DNA of 64,000 nucleotides from a bacterium (GTDB lineage Bacteria; Patescibacteriota; Minisyncoccia; Phycocordibacterales; JAGLPS01): NCBI GenBank assembly GCA_030690305.1, contig JAUYHB010000013.1, positions 5,221 to 69,220 of the forward strand, read 5' to 3'. Shown piece by piece: positions 58,162 to 64,000 of this stretch (position 1 is its first letter; each line of letters starts with the position of its first letter). The notes under the pieces were generated by a model. It saw only the letters and a program-made list of their open reading frames with translations, ran no database searches and was not told where the DNA came from. The position numbers and the translations under genes were made by a program.

Positions 58162-59364
58162 TCAGGACAGAGTTCTCTGAAACCCGCGTGTGAGGTCTTC
58201 GGCAATGCCATTCCAGTAATATTTATCACAGACGAGATTTTTGGCGTTTGCCGAAATCTGTCCTGAAAGGGAAGCGTCTTCCAGGAGGCGTGTAACTTTC
58301 GAAGCGACACTTTGAGGATTTCTGGTTTCGCAAAACAGGCCGGTGGGTTCGTGGTCGGGATTTGCATCCGGGTCAAAAAGAAAATCAACAATTCCTCCAA
58401 CAGGAGTTCCGATAACGGGGATTCCCGCGGCCATTGCCTCAAGAAAAGAATTTCCAAGACCTTCGGAAATCGATGGACGGACAAAAATATCCCCGAGCGA
58501 GAGGTATTTTGGAATTTCTTCATACGGAACGGCTCCGATGAAATGCGTTCTTCCTTTAATCTTTTTCTCCTTCGCAAGAATTTCAAGGGAGTTTCTCTCG
58601 GGACCGTCTCCTACGACAAGAAGGTGTACGTATTCGGGCAAAAACGAAAGTGACCGGATTGTGTCGGCTACGGCATTTTTAGGGACGAGTCGTGAAGTGG
58701 TAATAAGAAATTTTGTTTTTTCGTCCGCAGGCAAATTATGGCGTGTACGCAATTCGGCAAGCTCTATCGTGGCATACCCTTTGAAAAATCGGGCGACATC
58801 CACTCCGTTCGGAATAACTTCCGCTGTTTTTGAAAAACCTTCCGATTTTGCGTGAGCCGCAAGAAAATGCGAGATAGCGTGTATATAATCGGCTTTTTTG
58901 AAAATAAGACGGAAAAGCGGCAAAAGAATGTTCATACGGCGATGTATGTGCTCAACAGAATCCCCTTCTTGAAGATTAAGGAGAAAGGGAATGCGGAAAT
59001 GGACAAGCTTGAAGAATAAAGCGGCGAGGCCCGCATACGCGGCCATGATTGACCACACCGCGTCATATCGTTTTCCCGCGTGCATCCAGAGTGCTTTGAA
59101 AAACGCAAGAAAAGGAAACAAATATTTGTTTATGGAAAAAGGAAACGCAATGACTGAGTGATTCGGCGCGTCGCCGGCAAAACCGATACGGTGCACCCGC
59201 ACGTTTCCGATATCTTCAACTGCAGGGAGCGCCCGATCGATACGTAAAGTAATCATGTCGAATTCAAAATTGTTTCCCATGCGGTCGGTTAATTCTTTTA
59301 CGGCAACCTCCGCGCCTCCGACATACGGAAAATACGTAAGAGAAAAAATAAGAATGCGTTTCAT
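58162..59364 (-). CDS. Glycosyltransferase family 4
   Basis: 'MKRILIFSLTYFPYVGGAEV' N-terminus, 'TSRLVPKNAV', 'SISEGLGNSFLEAMAAGIPVIGTPVGG'; the alternative start at 59403 abuts the upstream stop. Confidence 0.8.
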   Translation of the reverse strand: MKRILIFSLTYFPYVGGAEVAVKELTDRMGNNFEFDMITLRIDRALPAVEDIGNVRVHRIGFAGDAPNHSVIAFPFSINKYLFPFLAFFKALWMHAGKRYDAVWSIMAAYAGLAALFFKLVHFRIPFLLNLQEGDSVEHIHRRMNILLPLFRLIFKKADYIHAISHFLAAHAKSEGFSKTAEVIPNGVDVARFFKGYATIELAELRTRHNLPADEKTKFLITTSRLVPKNAVADTIRSLSFLPEYVHLLVVGDGPERNSLEILAKEKKIKGRTHFIGAVPYEEIPKYLSLGDIFVRPSISEGLGNSFLEAMAAGIPVIGTPVGGIVDFLFDPDANPDHEPTGLFCETRNPQSVASKVTRLLEDASLSGQISANAKNLVCDKYYWNGIAEDLTRGFQRTLS

Positions 59365-59399
59365 TCCGTCAAAATGTTTGATAGTGTTTGCTCCCTGTT

Positions 59400-60575
59400 T
59401 CATTCAATTATTGTTATTTCGTCCGCCTCATTTTTTTTCGGCTTTGCAAAAAAGATAAAGGCGATCGGGATACCGACAACCGCGCCAAGGCCTACGAGCC
59501 ATGGCATAAGAGGGCTTTCTTTAGCCGCAAGAGCGGCGGTTTGTTCTGTTTCAGACACAATACTTTCAGGCGTTATACTAGCAGATTTTTCGGGAAGAAC
59601 ATATGCTTGTTTTGTTGTTTTTTTCTCCGATACGGATGGAGTTTTTTCATCAATTTTTTCTTCCTGAGGTGAAGGAGGGGAATCTGTGATTTGAGAAGTA
59701 GACTGGATTGGTGGGGTTTCTTGTAATTGCTCTTCCGAAACGGTAACTGAAATCGTATCGGAAGCAGTTTGTCCTTCGTAAAATACATTTAACGCAACCG
59801 TGTATGTTCCTTTGGACGTGTAGGTATGGGAGACATTTTTCCCCTCACTTCCCTGCCCGTCTCCAAATGTCCATATGTATTGAGCTGAGGTAAACAGGTC
59901 ATTGTCTTTTTTTGCCTGCCCTTCAAATATTATCGGTTTACCGATAGTTGTTTGCGTACCACTCGTAATAGAGGCAGAGAGCACGAATAAAGGCGTCTGT
60001 GTCGAAGACTGTTCCGTTGAATTTGTGTCCGTGGTGGAAGGTACCGGCGAATCCGCAGAGGATGTATTTGTCATTCCCGGCGTCGGAGATGAAGCACCCC
60101 ATGTCCCATTTATTTTTTGCAGGGAATTACCGTCTCCTTTTGCTCCCATTGTTTCCGAATACGCTGCGGAGTCGCGTACAAGACCTTCGGCGTCAATAAG
60201 ACTTACCGTTGTATTGGTATTCTTTAAGCTCATTGCCGTGTCTATAATTGTCGCGGAAAAACCAGAGTGATCAACAATAAATTGGTGTGCGTCAGCCGCG
60301 AGAATAAAAAATGTTCCGGGTGAAATCGTAAATGAACCCTGTCCACCGTTTTCCACTGAGGGTTCATTGAATAAATGGTTTGAGCCATCATTAAATCTCC
60401 ATCCGTCCTGACCCCCGGAAAGGACAACATCTTCCGGTCCCTGATTATATATCTCCACCCATTCCCTTCCCGTATCCGATCCCGGAGACGGCAAGTCATA
60501 CATAATTTCGGTTATTTCAAGTGCGGCAAAGGAATGCAAAGGAAAAAGAAGGAGAAGTGGAACGAAAAAACGCAT
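59400..60575 (-). CDS. Secreted/anchored surface protein: signal peptide, lamin-tail domain (LTD), Ser/Thr-rich linker, PKD domain, S/T/P/E-rich linker, C-terminal TM anchor
   Basis: 'EITEIMYDLPSPGSDTGREWVEIYN' LTD signature; 'KNVSHTYTSKGTYTVALNV' PKD motif; C-terminal 'PWLVGLGAVVGIPIAFIFFAKPKKNE'. Confidence 0.7.
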   Translation of the reverse strand: MRFFVPLLLLFPLHSFAALEITEIMYDLPSPGSDTGREWVEIYNQGPEDVVLSGGQDGWRFNDGSNHLFNEPSVENGGQGSFTISPGTFFILAADAHQFIVDHSGFSATIIDTAMSLKNTNTTVSLIDAEGLVRDSAAYSETMGAKGDGNSLQKINGTWGASSPTPGMTNTSSADSPVPSTTDTNSTEQSSTQTPLFVLSASITSGTQTTIGKPIIFEGQAKKDNDLFTSAQYIWTFGDGQGSEGKNVSHTYTSKGTYTVALNVFYEGQTASDTISVTVSEEQLQETPPIQSTSQITDSPPSPQEEKIDEKTPSVSEKKTTKQAYVLPEKSASITPESIVSETEQTAALAAKESPLMPWLVGLGAVVGIPIAFIFFAKPKKNEADEITIIE

Positions 60576-60579
60576 AGTG

Positions 60580-62313
60580 TTATTTATCGTCTTCCAGAAC
60601 TTTTTTTAAGGTAGATTCCGGAATTTCTTTGGGATGTCCAGACTTCCCTGTGCCTTCTACGGGCGGTTTGGATTCCGTTGATTCTTTCTTGGGCTCTGCC
60701 GGCTCTTCTTTTTCGCTTTTTGCCAAAACATCCGCAAGCGCTTCTTTAAGTTCGGAGAGACTTTTTTGCGTCGGTCCTTTATTTTCTTTTTTCTTTTGCT
60801 GATATGCAGGAGAAAGAGTGTTGAGAGATACAGGAACGGGCGTGGGGATAGGCACAGGAGAAGAGGACGGAGGCACCGGATATTTTTTCACTGGCACACT
60901 ATTTTCTCCGGAGCGAAGCGCAGAAAAAGGATTCGGCCGTTTTTCTTCCACAGGTCTTGCCTGTTGGTTGTTAAATGCGGGACGTTTGTTGTTTTCTTCC
61001 TTTTTGATGGGTTCGTGCCAGTTTCTGATATATTCCTCGACAGTAGTCCGTGTCTGAGCGAATGCCTGGCGCGAGTGTTCGATAATCTTGTCCTTGTATG
61101 ATGTCGAAGGGCGGTCAATCGGAGGAAGAGTGGTGGCGGAGAATGGAGGAGAAGTGACTCCCTCAATCATCAGCTTCAGATAGATTTGGGTGAAGCCGAG
61201 GTTCACCATGTCCTCGAGTGTAAACTCCGGAGAAAATTCTTTTTCTAGAACTTCGGCGTCATAGGCACCAACACGGAAAATAACCATCGTGCCCACGTTT
61301 CCAAAGACAGCGGCGCGCACTTCTTCGGACATCTGCTCGATATACTGATGCGCTATAGTAAGGCTCAGTTTGTATTTTCTCGATTCCGAAAGAATGTCGG
61401 CAAACGATTCGTTCGCAAACGACTGGAATTCGTCGACAAAAAGATAGAACGGCGGAAGACTTTTCATTTGGTTTTCGCTTGCATCCGCCCTTGACATCGC
61501 CCCGAGATATATTTTGGTAATAAGCATGCTTCCCAAAAGATTCGCGTTCGCTTCCCCCACCCGGCCTTTTGAAAGGTTGATGATGAGTATTTTTTTCTCA
61601 TCCATCACTTTTCGCAAATCAAACGTCGATTTCGGCTGTCCGATGATGTTTCGCACAAGTGGGTTTGAAATGAATTGTCCGATTTTATTTTGAATAGCCG
61701 CACCGGCTTCTTGCATATACCTATCTCCATATCGGGCAAACTCGTCGGTCCAAAACGCCTTGACCGAGGGGTCGGTGATGTTTGCGATAACTTTGTTTCG
61801 ATAGTCTTTGTCGGCAAGCATGCGGTTAACACCGATAAGTGTTGAGTCCGGATATTCAAGAAGAGCCAGCAAAATGTTCCCCAAAATATATTCCATGCGC
61901 GCCGACCATGCGTCTATCCATATCTTCTTGAACGCGCTCATCAGGCCGTTCGCTACGAGGTGGCGTTTGTCGGGTCCAACATCCTCCATAACATTGAAAG
62001 AAATGGGATGGTCGGTATCAAAAGGAGCAAAGTAAATAACGTCTTTTGCCCGCGATTCGGGAACATAATCCAAAAGAAGTTCGGCGGTCTTGCCATGCGG
62101 GTCGACAAAAGCCATGCCTTCACCGTTTTGTATATCTTGGATGGCCATGTTTTCAAGCATGGTGGACTTACCCATTCCGGTTTTCCCAATGACATATACG
62201 TGACGTGAACGGTCTTTGAGTTTTATGCCGAACTTCTGTTTTCTGCCACGTGCATCGGTTTCGGCAAAATATATGACTTTATTTTCATCGTGCATAGAAA
62301 CAAATTTACCCAA
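60580..62313 (-). CDS. TraD/VirD4-like (TrwB_AAD_bind / TraM-recognition type) P-loop ATPase with Pro/Lys-rich disordered C-terminal tail
   Basis: Walker A 'VIGKTGMGKST', Walker B 'FYLFVDEFQSF', C-terminal about 150 aa low-complexity tail; no N-terminal TM. Confidence 0.6.
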   Translation of the reverse strand: MGKFVSMHDENKVIYFAETDARGRKQKFGIKLKDRSRHVYVIGKTGMGKSTMLENMAIQDIQNGEGMAFVDPHGKTAELLLDYVPESRAKDVIYFAPFDTDHPISFNVMEDVGPDKRHLVANGLMSAFKKIWIDAWSARMEYILGNILLALLEYPDSTLIGVNRMLADKDYRNKVIANITDPSVKAFWTDEFARYGDRYMQEAGAAIQNKIGQFISNPLVRNIIGQPKSTFDLRKVMDEKKILIINLSKGRVGEANANLLGSMLITKIYLGAMSRADASENQMKSLPPFYLFVDEFQSFANESFADILSESRKYKLSLTIAHQYIEQMSEEVRAAVFGNVGTMVIFRVGAYDAEVLEKEFSPEFTLEDMVNLGFTQIYLKLMIEGVTSPPFSATTLPPIDRPSTSYKDKIIEHSRQAFAQTRTTVEEYIRNWHEPIKKEENNKRPAFNNQQARPVEEKRPNPFSALRSGENSVPVKKYPVPPSSSPVPIPTPVPVSLNTLSPAYQQKKKENKGPTQKSLSELKEALADVLAKSEKEEPAEPKKESTESKPPVEGTGKSGHPKEIPESTLKKVLEDDK

Positions 62314-62362
62314 ATTATATAATTTTAAGGGCTAAATTAAAACTCCCGAAAGGTGAAAGTGT

Positions 62363-63532
62363 TTATTCGTCGGGAAGAGCGGAACCGGGGGTATACGTAT
62401 TTGCCGCGTCCCACAACATCCATGAATCAAGCCCGGCATCATAGGTCGCTTGAATTTGAGCCCGGACCATTTCCTTTGTATATACCGCCCCCAAATCAAA
62501 ATCCTGAAGCCAGGGCCTGATTTTTTCAGGAGTTGTACTTGCCCTTTTTACCGCGGAATCAAGAGAATATCGAACCACTTCGTACGGTTTTTCGGAGGGA
62601 TTTGAAAACCCGAGAAAGGTTTTCGGATAATGAGAGGGATACACCATCGGTGCGACAAAATCAAAAAAAGGAAGCGTGTATTCAAGCACTTGTCCGATGT
62701 TGAGATCGTCGTAGTTTGTTGCCGTCATACCAAACAGGTCCGCGGAAAGTATCGCCCCGGTTCCCGAGAGTTTTTCTTTAAGATACGAAAAGAATGCTTC
62801 AAGAGCATGGGCTTTGCCGAACTCCGGATCTGAAACAATCATCTGTTCACTCCACGGATAGTAAATATCGGACATATTGCCGTCGGAAGGAAAACGAATA
62901 TAGTCGAAATTGAGTTCGTCAAAACCTGCTTTGTAAGAAAGTATACCGAGGGCAACGATGTAGTCCCAGTATTCACGGGCCGATACATCAATAAAACTCA
63001 GTCCTTTATAATCCTTCCAAACAGTTCTGTCATTCTTTTGAACCGAAAGATCGGGGCGTAATTTTGTCATGACCGGATCCTGAAAAACGCTGATTCTTCC
63101 GATAACATATATTTCCTTTTCATGAAGCGAAGCGATGAATTCACGCATGTCTTGCGCAAAACAGTTTTCCCCTTCCGCATCGGAAAAACGTGCGTCATTG
63201 GTTTCAAACGAGATGCCCCCGCTGTAATCCTTGATATCGATAATAACAGCGTTAAGTTCCGTCGTATCGATAAGATGGACAATATTTTTTCTGAAAGATG
63301 GCGTACCGGCGACGCAAGCCGTCATGTAGACGGCTTTAAGCGGACGGGGAAGTATTATGTGGGTAGCGATAATCTCTTTCGGTTTGGTAACGGGTGCTTC
63401 AACCCCCTGTGGCACATGTGCGGTGTAAGAAAGTGAAAATAGGGTGGTCGCCCCAAAATAAAATAAGAAAAAGAAAATGATACCAAGAAAACCCCCGATA
63501 ATAATCCCTTTGGGGAAATGCCTACGCGCCAT
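62363..63532 (-). CDS. Membrane-anchored DUF4015-like putative glycoside hydrolase (TIM-barrel GH-like)
   Basis: N-terminal TM then 'LKAVYMTACVAG...NAVIIDIKDYSG' pattern typical of DUF4015. Confidence 0.55.
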   Translation of the reverse strand: MARRHFPKGIIIGGFLGIIFFFLFYFGATTLFSLSYTAHVPQGVEAPVTKPKEIIATHIILPRPLKAVYMTACVAGTPSFRKNIVHLIDTTELNAVIIDIKDYSGGISFETNDARFSDAEGENCFAQDMREFIASLHEKEIYVIGRISVFQDPVMTKLRPDLSVQKNDRTVWKDYKGLSFIDVSAREYWDYIVALGILSYKAGFDELNFDYIRFPSDGNMSDIYYPWSEQMIVSDPEFGKAHALEAFFSYLKEKLSGTGAILSADLFGMTATNYDDLNIGQVLEYTLPFFDFVAPMVYPSHYPKTFLGFSNPSEKPYEVVRYSLDSAVKRASTTPEKIRPWLQDFDLGAVYTKEMVRAQIQATYDAGLDSWMLWDAANTYTPGSALPDE

Positions 63533-63899
63533 GGAGTGTCCCGTTTTGCTTTTCTTCCGTGGCAGGAGGAGTTATATCACTAATGATATGGGAAATGGGT
63601 TCGGGAACCGGGGCCGCAGGAACAATGTTTTCTCCTGTCTCTTCTTTCACCTTTTTACGCATAACTCTCTTCTTCCCGCCAACAGATGGGGAATTTTCAA
63701 CGAAAGCCTTTTCACGCCTGAGGACCCACGCCTTCCCAGTCGAACGCTTTGGCCCTTTTAAGGAAAAGGATAGAAAAATGACGTAGAGGCCGATAATGAC
63801 GTAGAATACCGTCTTCCACAGGGCCGGGAAGCCCAAAAAAGGCATAATAACAACAAGGGCACCCGTTATGAAAAGAAAGCGGTGGGATAGAAAGTTCAT
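63522..63899 (-). CDS. Small membrane protein, unknown
   Basis: 125 aa; two N-terminal TM segments then a basic/Pro-rich tail; overlaps the upstream gene stop. Confidence 0.4.
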   Translation of the reverse strand: MNFLSHRFLFITGALVVIMPFLGFPALWKTVFYVIIGLYVIFLSFSLKGPKRSTGKAWVLRREKAFVENSPSVGGKKRVMRKKVKEETGENIVPAAPVPEPISHIISDITPPATEEKQNGTLHGA

Positions 63900-64000
63900 A
63901 GCGAAGATGCCCTTTAGTATACCTTAGGCGGAAGGAAAAGAAAAACAGGCCTTTAGTTGAGCAATAAAGGGTATTAACCGCAGGGCAAGCCCTGCACCCA

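Noticed and set aside
60580..62313. Conjugative element / type IV secretion system call based on the TraD/VirD4-like ATPase
   Set aside because: No relaxase, VirB4/VirB11, pilin or oriT-like repeats in the window; a single ATPase is insufficient to call a mobile element.
1..64000. CRISPR arrays, rRNA, transposases/IS elements
   Set aside because: No direct-repeat/spacer periodicity, no rRNA-like conserved stretches, and no DDE/HUH transposase or integrase motifs were seen in any frame.

Overview
Gene-dense, moderately AT-rich window that reads (inference) like a small-genome, possibly CPR/Patescibacteria-like, bacterium. Positions 1-11.7 kb carry housekeeping genes. From ~12 kb to at least 59.4 kb there is a ~47 kb cell-surface glycan biosynthesis/glycosylation island. 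It is arranged as a plus-strand block (14.3-25.9 kb and 28.5-36.0 kb) and a long minus-strand block (36.0-63.9 kb), with many 4- or 8-nt start/stop overlaps indicating operons. The 3' end continues on the minus strand with an S/T-rich LTD-PKD surface protein, a TraD/VirD4-like P-loop ATPase, a DUF4015 glycoside-hydrolase-like protein and a small membrane protein.

Housekeeping genes (1-11.7 kb): 5' part of obg; MYG1/UPF0160 hydrolase; a Phage_holin_4_2-like membrane protein; a P-type cation ATPase; an AI-2E family transporter; a DsbB + thioredoxin-like pair; DedA; an NDP-sugar 6-dehydrogenase; secA; murB.

The island has five components:
- Nucleotide-sugar pathways. Two divergent GDP-mannose 4,6-dehydratase paralogs. 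One sits with an Fcl/ColC-type enzyme and a ColD-like His-variant PLP 3-dehydratase, which predicts a GDP-3,6-dideoxyhexose (colitose-like) route. The other sits with a cupin, a Lys-type DegT aminotransferase and a divergent hexapeptide N-acetyltransferase, which predicts a GDP-N-acetylperosamine-like route. There is also an rmlB-rmlA pair followed by an unusual RmlD-like reductase fused to a TylCIII/NovU-type sugar C-methyltransferase, plus a second DegT aminotransferase.
- Tailoring enzymes. Four to five methyltransferases of different families (TylF/MycF, CmcI, DUF268-like, FkbM, and possibly one more). A NodU/CmcH carbamoyltransferase is co-transcribed with a 49-aa and a 120-aa membrane protein (SxtK/SxtJ-like arrangement) and an SGNH/GDSL hydrolase. 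There is also an AsnB-type amidotransferase and a NUDIX (Gmm-like) hydrolase.
- Transferases. About 5 GT2, 5-6 GT4/GT-B, two GT11 fucosyltransferase-like proteins, and a GtrA / GT2(DPM-like) / GT-C module plus a second split GT-C-like membrane pair.
- Export/ligation. An MsbA/PglK-type ABC exporter, and a Wzy_C(O-antigen-ligase/PglL-type)-TPR fusion at the island boundary.
- An HTH (excisionase-family) regulator with a near-leaderless promoter.

Several sigma70-like promoters and rho-independent terminators are visible. Also visible are a 38-nt perfect palindrome spanning a stop codon, a hairpin plus a 25-codon Lys/Arg-rich mini-ORF in the secA leader, and a 17-bp inverted repeat in the murB leader. 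No rRNA, tRNA, CRISPR, integrase or transposase was detected.

All functional calls are from motif-level reading of the supplied translations. No database searches were run.
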